From positions 2,976,001 to 3,040,000 of the forward strand of contig OZ234494.1 of NCBI GenBank assembly GCA_965153455.1: DNA of 64,000 bases, written 5' to 3'. Position numbers and translations under genes: made by a program. Origin of the DNA: Sphagnum compactum. Lineage: Eukaryota. Position 1 is the stretch's first letter. The number at the start of each line of letters is the position of its first letter. Positions 44,901-56,294 of this stretch are shown here, one piece after another. The notes under the pieces were generated by a model. It saw nothing but the letters and a program-made list of their open reading frames with translations, was not told the DNA's origin and made no database searches.

Positions 44901-47900
44901 TTTTCACAACAAGACAAATTACCACGGTAGGTCCAAGTTGGGGGGCTCAAAGCCAAATTTAGGCAACGTGTGTCAAACTTGGCATTCGCATGGTAAGTTC
45001 TACTTACTTACCATGCGGTTGACGGTTTGACACCGGCCAAAGGGTTCAATCAATGGAGGCAAGTTCTAGCCTCATCACGCTCAATTTGGGGGGGGGGGGG
45101 AGAACAAAGAACTTTGAATGGAAACAACAAGAGATGTGTGAGGTATGTATCAAGAGTAGTAGAATTTAGCTCAATTGGGGGTTTAGGGTTTATGTGTGAG
45201 GTATGTATCAAGAGTAGTAGAGATTTAGAAGGCAAAAAGGGAGGCCCATCCCACCTTCCCTTTGTGTAAGAATGATGTTAGCATAATGTCATGTTGATTG
45301 ATGTCATTTTGCACACCAAAAGCTAGACTAGATTTCTTATAGTAAAAAGAGAAGAGGATAAACACAAGAAAGAGAGAAGGAGGAGATATATGAAATGTCT
45401 ACTAGACTTTTGTTATTTACGTATCTCACCAAAACACACAAACACATACACACAACACAACTCAATACAAACACATACACACAACACAACTCAATAGTAG
45501 CAACACTTGAAAGGCTCATCAAATGTCAACTATGTGATTCCTTTCAAAGGAAAAAGGATTTCACCCAAACACCCTTTGCACTTCACCCAAATTTCAACTA
45601 GAAATTTCGTGAGGTCAAGGGAATCTACAAGGTGATTTCATCAACAATTTTGGCCTATATTGTAATCTACAAGGGGGCAGCTTCAGCACATGTCATTTTG
45701 AAAATTTAATACTATTTTAATATTCCCAAAGTACCCCCCCCCCCCTCTCATTTTCCTTCACAATTTATTTTTCTTTGAGAAAAAAAAAATTTTGGGGAAA
45801 ATTTTAACATTTCTAAATATGTAATATAATCTATGTGCTGAAGCTACCAAGGCACTATGGTGGTATGTATGTAGAGAGAGTTTTTATTTTCAGGTCATGC
45901 CCTTCATGACCAAAGTTTCATTTGATTATTGCCCTTTAGGTTTGAAAGATTACTAATTTTTTGTCATTAATTATAAGGATTTTACCTTCTTTGAAAGACA
46001 ACAAAGCTTGTCAACAAGTAGGCAAAAGGGGTCCTTTGTGTCATAAGTTATAAGTGGATCATGATTTGCTTGAGTGTTTAGAAAATATTGTTTAAAATAA
46101 ATTTTAATGTAAATTTTAGGGGAAAAATCATATATTGCAATGCTAGAGGGTTCTTAATGAAAATTTGAAATTCCAATCTTGTAGTATGTATTGAGATATA
46201 TTCATACATGTGAATATAATTTGTATTATGGTAGTATTCTATAAACACAAAAATATTGTCTTGCAAAACAAATAACTTCTACATCTATGAAAATGCTATA
46301 ACTATAACTAAATTTGTATGAGGAGCAATTGATGTATTTTGATCAATATAAGTTCAATGCATCTTTTGACCAATTTATTGGCCCATTCATTAACAATGAC
46401 TATCCAAAATGCATCTACTTGGGTTGTGTTAAATCTACTACATTTTCCCACATTAGAAAGCAACTTAAGTTTTTAAGAAATCCCATTCAATCAATTTTTA
46501 AAGTGTTAAAAGGGACATATATGCTATTGCCATATGAAGTTTGTTTGTGAATACAAACATGATAACAATGTGATTTTTTAGTTGGTATGTAAGGTATGTT
46601 TGTGGGTGAAGTATTAGTAAACATCATTGCAAGATTCAAAAACAAGTCCAAAACAAAGTATTTTGTGTCAAAACCCAATAAGGTTATAATCAACATGGAC
46701 AACCCATTATGCCAAAAACCCCAAGATTCTTCTTCTTATATGTAACAAACACTCGTTATATACTAATCTACAAGAGGAATATTATATAAAACTAAACCAC
46801 AACAAGAAAATTTATAATACTAAAAAAAAATGGAAATACACTATCATTTTTGTTGGACATTAAGCAAACCGATAACCATGTGTGATGTAAGGATGATCAC
46901 ATGTTATTGCCATGTAAACACCCACAAACAATTATGTCAAATCAAAGAAATCCCTATTTGGTCACACATATGAATTTTACAAAGTTGTATGGTGACATCT
47001 TTTTTTAGATGCAAGTGTATATCCTTGATCCTTGCTAGTAGCAATTTATCTAGAATTAGCAAAAGCACGATTCAAAAAAAAAAAAATTCCCATAAAAATG
47101 TGGACAACATTAATTAAACTACAAAAGATTGTACAAAGAGAAGCAAATAATATGACAAAATGCTAACAAAATGATCATATAAGTTTTAAAAAAAAACAAT
47201 ACCATCATCCTTGAATGGATATCGCAAATGTTTGTCGACTAAAGAACTTCAGCATTATTTTTGAAAACTTTGGCATAGGCAATATTATTAACGAGATACA
47301 TAATTATAACAAGTATGCAATAGTCCCAATGTGTTTAGACCATGTGGCGTTTAGGTGTTTGGTCTTGTAAACCTAGATCCAATCTCCAATCTAATAGATT
47401 TCAATTACATTAAAATTAGACATTGTGGGTTTTTTTTAACATTTAAAAATAATAATATAATTAATCCTGAATTCCATTTAGGGAGTATGGTAAAATAAAA
47501 AAAAGAAAGAAAAAAGAATATAAGAACCAAAGTAGCATAAAAATGCAATGCCAACGCATTGAAAACAAATTGAAAAACAATATTAGCTACTGGATTTAAG
47601 GTCAACTAGAGGGATGTCTTGACATGTCGTAATTAAAAAAACCCCGCACCATTTCTTTATCAAATTTATTGTTTTTTGTTTGGGTTAAGGTTCAACTTAC
47701 CTTATCTCAATGTGCATGTTGTCTTTCCTAACATGTTTGGTGTCCTTCTTGATGCCCTTGTTGTCCCTCCTATTGATCCTTGTTATCCTTCCCAACACCC
47801 ATGATTGTCCCCTCTTGCTCCCCATCATCCATCGCTAGTGCCAATTGTTTTCCCTTGTTAGTCCCCATTGTCCTTCTTGAGGTGCCATCACCTTTCATCA

Positions 47901-49197
47901 TCCTTAATCATTCATCAATCACAACCCCCAAAAAAATTCATTTCACCTTGGCACCCCTTGTTGCCTTCCATCATCCCCATCATCCCTCATTGTTATAACA
48001 ACATCTTTCATCATCTCATCGTCATCCCTTGTCATTCCCCTATCATCCCTAACATGCCTAAATATAACATTGAGTCGAGGTTTGTTTTCTATTATTTGGC
48101 TTTATACACATTGAGGCCATGGTGTTGCATGCATAACAATCCATTCAAAAGTCCTTAATGAAAAATTGGTTATGAATTTTGTATAGAATGATTTCACATA
48201 AAAAAATTATTATTTCATGTTACATTACATACTAAGTCATTATAAATAATTTGGAATGAAATTTTATATGAACCTTTCAATATTATACCATTCTAGTTAG
48301 GCTACCAATCCATATTTTTTTGACTTCACAAGTCCACTATTAAAAGTGGGTGCATTTTTGTCAAAAAGTAATTTATAAATATAATTCATAAACAAGTTGT
48401 TAATCAAAAACCAAATCCCCATGTTTGACAAAATGAAGATTATGTGTTTTACTAAAAGAGATTCAAACAAGATGGATATTGCAAAAACAAAAGAAACATC
48501 ACAACAATGAACCACACTCATTTGTTCATATACTCATAGATGGCACGTGTCCCTTATTATCATACCTATGAGCAATGTTCAACCATTTTTTTTTGGTCAA
48601 ATATTTATTTGTTTTAAAATTGAAGTTAGACAATTTCAAAATTTCAACGCATGAAGTACATCTATGCAAAGTATATTTTTCATTGTGTATTTGTAATAAT
48701 AACCCAATGGTTGGCATTTTAAATAAATAGTTTTTCACAAGATGGGAGTTCAATTTTCAACAATTTTGACAAATAGAAATACTTTTTTTTTTCTTTTTTT
48801 TCAACTAGATGTTTCTCGAATTATTTTTGTCAAAATCCATCATAATACTAATTTGTTCTAATGCTAATGTCAACTCTCTAAATTATTCATTTCATTTAAA
48901 TATATTTTTAACGGTCCCGAAATTTAAAAAAAAACCATAAGTCTACTTAAAGCGTCGGAGCTTGGCACAAAACCCAAGGACTCCATCATCCGACAAAAAC
49001 CCTCCACTTTCACTAGACACAAATAAAAAACCCTCCCCCCCTGAATGTGAACAATCCATCATCCATCATCCAACATTGAAGATACCCATGTTTGTTTGTT
49101 GTAAATTAATCATCCAAAAAGCTCAAGGACTATCGCATTGGATCCAACTTTTGGATGTTTTACATTATTAAAACCAATTTCACATTAGCTGAACCGG

Positions 49198-49322
49198 TTT
49201 TTTTCAGTGAAAGTGTTTACACTGTTTAAATTGGAATGGACTTTTTTGGTGTTTAGAGTTTGGTCTAAACCAAAAAAAAGTCCGTTCCAATTTAAACAAG
49301 TGTAAACACTTTCACCAAAAAA
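49198..49322. repeat. Long near-perfect inverted repeat (hairpin, ~55-60-bp arms, 6-nt loop)
   Basis: GTGAAAGTGTTTACAC...TTTAAATTGGAATGGAC...GTTTAGA / TCTAAAC...GTCCGTTCCAATTTAAA...GTGTAAACACTTTCAC. Confidence 0.9.
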
Positions 49323-49324
49323 GT

Positions 49325-49557
49325 CTACCTATCTACCTACCTACCTACCCACTCAGCCACCCACCCTAAGAAATTGAAAAAAAAACCCCACACATTGGTG
49401 GGGGGACATTACCTACCTACCTATCTACCTACCTGCCTACCCATTTAGCCACCCACCCTAAGAAATTGAAAAAAAAACCCCACACATCGGTGGGGGGACA
49501 TTACCTACCTACCTATCTACCTACCTATCTACCCACTCAGCCACCCACCCCAAGAAA
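49325..49557. repeat. ~90-bp tandem repeat (CTAC-rich), ~2.5 copies
   Basis: CTACCTAC...AGCCACCCACCCTAAGAAATTGAAAAAAAAACCCCACACAT..GTGGGGGGACATTA repeated. Confidence 0.85.
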
Positions 49558-50028
49558 ACCATTAGAAAGCCATAGAAGATCTCCCAGGCAAATTACCTTG
49601 GAAGGGTCATCAAGGAACTATTTTAGGAAAGAAAGCTCTTAGTTACATTGACTTTGAGTGTGATGTCATATACATGTACATATACAAAATTTATACAATA
49701 TAAATATTATCTCACAAAGCCAATGTCTCAAGAAACAAAATGGGCTTCAATTGGTTGATGCCATGTGTATTTTATACACATAAAAAAATATACTATATTA
49801 TACTATACGCACATGTGAAGATGTAGTAATATCTCGTATGGGATGGTCAGTTTCAGTGGGCTAGTGCTGAAATTCAACTATAAAGTAAGGCAATTTCTCA
49901 ATTTATATTAAATTTAAAATAAAATTAAAATTTAAAAAAAAAAAAAACAAAGGTGTTCCCACACATGGGGTTCTCAAATATTCGGACTCGAGTTTTCTAT
50001 GTATTTTTCTTGCCATTATTTTTGCATC

Positions 50029-50118
50029 GTTATACCTATTTCATAAGATATCCTTAAGGTTATACCTATTTCATAAGATATCTTTAAGGTTATACCTATT
50101 TCATAAGATATCTTTAAG
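50029..50118. repeat. 30-bp tandem repeat, 3 copies
   Basis: GTTATACCTATTTCATAAGATATCYTTAAG x3. Confidence 0.95.
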
Positions 50119-50476
50119 GCCTGCTTTACACTCGGAGTCATTCAGGGTGGAAAAAACTTGGGGCCAACTTTGAGCATTTTGGGGATTGTTGTTTGGCGTC
50201 AAGTTACTAATGAAATGCTAGAGCATTGGCCCCAAGGGTTGCAAATTGTCTCAAATTTTGATGGTATTCTTTTTTCAGCCTTGGGGCCAATACAACAAGG
50301 GCCATAAAGTTCAGCATTTGTTACTAACTTGGGGGCAGATTGAAAAGAGTTTTTCTATTTCAGCCTTGACTCCTCGTGTATAAAAAGCCCTTGGGGGCTG
50401 ATTTCAACTTTTGCACCAATAGGAATGCTTGATTTGAGTTGAACATTTGGCCTTGACTCCTTGTGTAAAGTGAGCC
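50118..50476 (+). mobile_element. Tourist/PIF-Harbinger-like MITE (359 bp)
   Basis: Imperfect 23-bp TIRs GGCCTGCTTTACACTCGGAGTCA / TGACTCCTTGTGTAAAGTGAGCC, with TAA target duplication at 50115-50117 and 50477-50479. Confidence 0.8.
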
Positions 50477-50640
50477 TAAGACGACTACCTATTTTCAAAA
50501 GTAGAAGAAGTACGATCCTAAAATTTTGGACTATATTTGGCTTCCAGAACTTTTAGTTTTTAGTAGTTTCAAATGATTCCTTTTTTTTCTTCTCCTATGA
50601 ATTTCATACCGGCTGGCATTCAGCAACATGGATCAGTTTT

Positions 50641-51095
50641 CACATTTTCATTGCTCCAATTTGAAACTTTTTAGAATATGAATCATCTATACAGATTTAC
50701 AAATTTTCATACAATTCATTAAAAATTCTTATGAAATTTCTGAGAATTCTCATCACATTTTCATTGCTCCAATTTGAAACTTTTTTGAAGATTAATCATC
50801 TACACAGATTTACAAATTTTTATGCAATTCATCAAAATTCTCATGAAATTTTTGAGAATTCTCGTCACATTTTCATTGCTCCAATTTGAAACTTTTTTGA
50901 AGATTAATCATCTATACAACTTTTTACAATTTTTTATACAACTCATCAAAATTCTCATGAAATTTTCTGAGAATTCTCGTCACATTTTCATTGCTCCAAT
51001 TTGAAACTTTTTAGAATATTAATCATCTATACAGATTTACAGTTTTTTATACAATTCATCAAAATTCTCATGAAAATTCTGAGAATTCTCGTCAT
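50641..51095. repeat. ~113-bp tandem repeat, 4 copies
   Basis: CACATTTTCATTGCTCCAATTTGAAAC starts at about 50641, 50754, 50867 and 50981. Confidence 0.92.
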
Positions 51096-51410
51096 TCATT
51101 CATTCATTTGGCTCAGCTTCTAAAATTAATTTCTGCCTTATCTAACTAAAAGGTAGGGTACCCACCCCTCCTTTTGACTTTTAACCATTGTGAGACCCCC
51201 CCCCCCCTTTGTTTTTTCCCCACCCCACTTTAGAAGATATTATAGACAAGCTCTATTTTGAACCACACAAAAATTGTAGAATAGGGTTTTAGTCAAAGAC
51301 CCTACTTGAGCCCTATTTTTGGCTACTTTAGGTCAACATTTGGTAAGTAGGGTTTGAAAAAGAGTGGGAAAAAACCCTACTTTAAACCCTAACTCTGTTT
51401 TTTCTCTCTC

Positions 51411-51446
51411 TATATAACATCACTATAACATCACTATAACATCACA

Positions 51447-51479
<33 letters not shown>
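51411..51479 (+). promoter_or_regulatory. Putative ERF core promoter: TATATAA, tandem CATCACTATAA units and (CA)n
   Basis: TATA-like motif followed by 11-bp repeats and a CA microsatellite, ~0.5 kb upstream of the ATG. Confidence 0.35.
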
Positions 51480-51481
<2 letters not shown>

Positions 51482-51990
51482 GGATCCTCACTCCCCCCTA
51501 CATTCTGAATTGATTGAGTGAAACACTATGGAAGCATTTCAAGTGTGGCCTTACTTGCATACAATTAAAGCTCTTACAAGTCAACCCATTTTGCTCAAAT
51601 TTTTTTTTCTTTAGTCTCCCAGCACCATATCATCATCATCATCAGCATCATCACTTTCACATTTGTTTTGTGCATTCATATTCCAAATCAAAGTTTTGTT
51701 GCTGGAATGCACACTTTTTTTTTTGGATGTGTAAGTGATCATGTATGGAGTCTTAAGAACCTAGATTAGATCAAAACTGCCCTCTGGATTTTGTTTTATT
51801 TATGACCATTTGTTTTTTCGTTGCTGATTGATTGCCTTGATGATGGTGATGATGATGATGGAGAGGAGCTTAATTTTGTTGTCAAATTAAGCTAGAGGGG
51901 TTTTGTTTGTGCTTTTACTCTGTTGTTGTTGTTGTTGTTGTTGTGAATGAGAGTTTTTTAGTTTTGTGCTTTTGCTTGTGGTGGGTCACA

Positions 51991-52766
51991 ATGGGAAGTG
52001 TATTGTCACAGGAAGAGATAACAACAAACATCAGTACAAAAATCATGGATAGGAGAGCAATGGTGGCAGCGGCGGCGGCGGCGGCGGCGGCAGCAGCAGC
52101 AGAGGAGCAGGAGGAGAAATGGTTGAATAGTGAAACAATAGCAATCATGTTGCTTTTGAACTGGGCAGCCATGGCAGTGGATGACTTAGATGAGAATGAG
52201 AAATGGATCAGCTTGGTCAGCTCCATTGATGAGCCACAGCTTGATGTGCTTCTGCAGATGCCTTGGACACCAGAAGTCCTGGACCATTTCTTCCAATGGT
52301 TTGTCAACCACAAGCTGTTAAATGGAAATATTGATACATGTAGTAGCATTTATCATCCAATTCCTGAAATTTCGGTGGGGAGCTCTCAGATCCTGGCAGT
52401 TGATCATGCTGCTGAGAGTCCACCACCAATTCCAGGAATGGGTTGGAGCTCTCAGATCCTGGCAGTTGATTGTGCTGCTGGGAGTCCACCACCAATTCTG
52501 GGATTGGGTAGGAGCTCTCAGATCCCAGTTACACTTGATCCTGAGTCTAGTGCACCACCATCCCTAGTGGAGAGCTCTCAGATCCCAGAACTTCATCCTG
52601 AGTCTAGTGCACCCACACCACCACCACCACCACCAGGCTTGACAAATTTGGTTCAACATGAGAATGTTGTTGCAGGTGGAGATCAAGAGTCGTGGCCTTA
52701 CCAGAGTTTTTTCAATGTGGCTAGTGTTGGGTATGAAGATCATGATCAGTCTTCACATCTGCTACA

Positions 52767-52802
<36 letters not shown>

Positions 52803-54207
52803 TTGTGGAGGAGGAGGAGGAGGAGTCGAACAATCAAGGATGCTTGCTGATGAGCAGGTTTCGACTGCACATCAGAGCTTCTGGCTCCATGACCCATCAT
52901 CTGCCAATGTTGATAGTGGAGCTGCTGATGACATGTTCCTGTCTAATCTGCTGAAGGAAGCTCTGGGTGATCAAGACTTGCTGCAAGAAGAGCCCACACC
53001 AAATTTGCTGCCATGGATGATTGTTGATGACAAGGAGGTGCCATTGAAAGGGAAACAACAATGCAGTACTACTGCTGCTCGCAAGACAGGAGTTGTTGGT
53101 GCAGGAGCTCCTCTGAAGCAGCAGCAGGTGGCAGCATATAGTTCACAACCAGCGGGGCAGCAACAGCAACAGCCTGGGCACTACAGAGGGGTGAGACCCA
53201 GGCCATGGGGCAAATTTGCAGCTGAGATTCGTGACTCAACAAGGCAGGGTGGGCGTCAGTGGCTGGGGACTTTTGATACTGCACTGGAGGCAGCACTAGC
53301 TTATGACAATGCTGCTCTCAGATTGCGTGGCTCTCGTGCCCTCTTGAACTTCCCTGTCAGAGCTGCAGCAATAGTGAATGAGTTGCTAGCTCCACCAGAA
53401 GCACTTGCTGATGATTGTCTTCCTGATGTTGATCCCAAGCCTCCTGCTGCTGGTGCTGCCCAAGAGCAGGATCCACCCCAGCTGGGATCAGCCTCAGCTC
53501 CCAGCAGCAGCTCAAACAAGCTCTTTCACGGCAAGAGAAAACCTCCAGCTAGATCAGATCTTCATGGTCATGAGCTCCAGGATCCATCACCAGACCCTGA
53601 TCACGTACAGAAGAAGTGCAAGCAAGCTCAAGTTCATGCAGTACCAGATCAGCAGGCATCTGTAAGACAAGTCCAGGGGAGCAACAAATCCAAAGTCTCA
53701 GAGCAAATTCAGCCCAGCCAATCAAAGTCAGGAACAACAACTATCGAGTCGAATACTGATCAGGACAGGCTGCTGCAGATGCAGCAAAAATTTCAGAACC
53801 GAAAACCCGGAATGGTAATTCAGAAACGCGATTCACAAGCTGAGGGAATCAAGAAAGTGAAGGAGTTGCAGATCAGATGCAAGAATTTTGCCTCTGAAAG
53901 CTCTCAATTACCTCATCGCCAAAATTTGAGTAGTAGTACTACATCTCAAGAAGATGACAGTGTTGTTGCGGATCATCATCCTCAGCAGCAGCTGCAACAG
54001 CCCTTGAAATCCAAGCTCCTCAGCCAGGATCAAGAGCAGCTGCATCATGCATCAAGCTCAAAGCCAGCTGCAGGCATGGTGATAAATCCATGGAACTGGT
54101 ATCCCTGGAATTGTTCACCAAGGTCCCCACTTTGGAATTGGTCCCCAAGGTCCCCACTTTGCCCATCACCCCCACTGTCAAGCCCACTATCACACTACTT
54201 GTTCTAG
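51991..54207 (+). CDS. AP2/ERF transcription factor (single AP2 domain, ERF subfamily), intronless, ~738 aa
   Basis: AP2 domain [59 protein letters not shown] at 53179-53355, with the ERF-type A and D residues. First ATG at 51991. Confidence 0.88.
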
Positions 54208-55133
54208 ATCGAGTTCCAAGTTGGGGTTCATTGCCCCACTTCTGTCGGGCCTCCAATTTCTGCTTGAGCAAGCTATTCTTTTATTATTTACTGAAATTCT
54301 TCAGCAATGACACAAACATGAATAGATAGATAGATACAAGCAATTTCCCAAGTTAACAGGATAGAATCAGACTGGGATATAGATCTAGTGGACAATTGAC
54401 AAGAGCAAGCAAGCATGGTCTGATACTTGGGTTTTGTGTTTGAAGCCTGGTTTGGAGTAAGAAGCTTAGAAAGTATGCAGTATTTTAAGACTGCTCCCTT
54501 TGCAATCATGCAATTTTTGTGCAACTGCAGTACCCTCTGCAATGATTTTACATTGTGGGGATTGCTTGCTTTGCCATTATTCTTTTTTGCAACTGCACTA
54601 TCCCCTGCAGTGATTTTGCATTGTGGGAATTGCTTGCTTTGCAATTAATTTTTCAGGAATGGTAGTAGTCTCAGCCCATTCCAATTCCTTTACTTCCAGA
54701 TTGAATATTGACACCTAGCTAGCTAACTGCAATTGCTCTTGCCATTGTTTTAGCTTCTTCAAGAGAGAGCCTGAAAATAAAAAGACTGTTGGATCATGTG
54801 GAATGCAATTTGTGTCAAATTCTCAGTTTTTGGCTTTCACTATTAAAACACAGCTGGGAGAAAGCTCAAACCAACTTCTTCCCAGAGTGCACTGGATGGA
54901 AACAGAGGTGACACTTAAGGATCACATCAATTGTAAGCTTTCCTGTGTTTTTCCTTCTGTGTCTACCTATTGCCTTCTTCTTCTCATGGTTTGTTTCCTG
55001 GAAATTGTTGACCTGATATCTTCAGAAGCAAATCGAAAGATTGGACACATTCTATGCAAGACATGGTACCTCAACATTGTGGCTTCTATGTGATCAATCT
55101 ACATGATTTGAAAGCAAAGTTCTTTCTGCAGTC

Positions 55134-55615
55134 CCTGCAGATCACAGAGAGAAACCATGGCAGGAGTTCTTTTTGAATCCTTCACAATGGTGGGATCACA
55201 GATCAGAGAAGGTAACTGGACATCAAACCTGTCAGAGTTCACATGTCAGTGGAGCCATAGCAGCTGTTGTTGGTGTCAATCTTGTTGCCCTCCCTCTCTT
55301 GGTTCCTACTTGGTCCAAACTTGGCAGAAATTTTTTTGAGGTCCTTTGCACTGGTGGGATGATTGTAGTAGGCTGGAGAAGGTAGGTAAATGCAATATGT
55401 TGATGGAAACGATCATTGCAGCTTTCTCTGTTTCTTATGATGCCATCTATCCCTGGGATGTGGGAAATACATGACTGATCAGCTTGATCTGGATATCTGG
55501 TTGTAGACAAATGAAAGGTACAACCCGTATTTCAAACATAAGAAGACACAAAAATCACTTTGGCTTGGGGACTGATGAAACTTGCCATGGTTGGCAGCAG
55601 AGATGGCTGCAATGG
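55134..55615 (+). pseudogene. OSB-type PDF ssDNA-binding motif, split by an intron (exon to 55211, intron 55212-55506, exon from 55507), with stops
   Basis: Spliced translation PADHREKPWQEFFLNPSQWWDHRSEK|TNERYNPYFKHKKTQKSLWLGD**NLPWLAAEMAAMA matches the W..FF.NP..WWD.R..K...PDFKHK.T..ALWL....PW pattern. The intron is GT-AG and phase 0. Confidence 0.75.
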
Positions 55616-56294
55616 CACTAGCATTTAGGCATTAGCAGTTTAAGTGGAGACCAACTCTGGTAAGATTGTACGTTGCTGCTACAACGACTGCAAGGATTTT
55701 TAAGTATGTTGTACAATATTAGGTCGCTTGTGGAATTGCCAAGTATATTTTGTCTCAATTCTCTACTGTTGGATGAAGAGATAGTGTGCTATCCTTAGTT
55801 TACTTCGCAGACCACAAGAGGAGTGGTTTTGTGTTTTTCACTGCTCTCTATGTAGGCCTCCCTATGCAGATTTTGAAGTCCAGGTTGGGGACAACCAATT
55901 TTTCCCACCTTTGCTAAGGAGGAAACAATTGGAGTGGCATAATCTTGTAAACAAACCAAGTCTGCAATCCACTATGTGATAATACCTCTTGTTGCTTGCA
56001 TTGGTGAATTGTCATGTCAGGATTGAGAAAATAGTGGCTCTGACATGTTTCTTGAAGATCCTTGGTGAATGACAAGGAAGTGAATAGGAGATAGTAACTG
56101 TGAGATACCTGGTAAAGACACCTTGCTCAATTGAAGCTTTGGTGAGCTCCCATCATTGTTTTGGCAAACTTATATGTCTGGAACTGTCAGGTTTAAGTGT
56201 CAGGTCAGTTATGGCTCAGCACATTTTCTTCAAGCGGGTGTGTGGCAAGTGAGGTAGGATGGGGGGACCACAATTGCCTACAGATGTGAGACTG

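Noticed and set aside
51907-51990. N-terminal extension of the 766-aa ERF ORF (poly-Val)
   Set aside because: Begins at TTG and runs through a GTT microsatellite. Treated as 5' UTR or intron.
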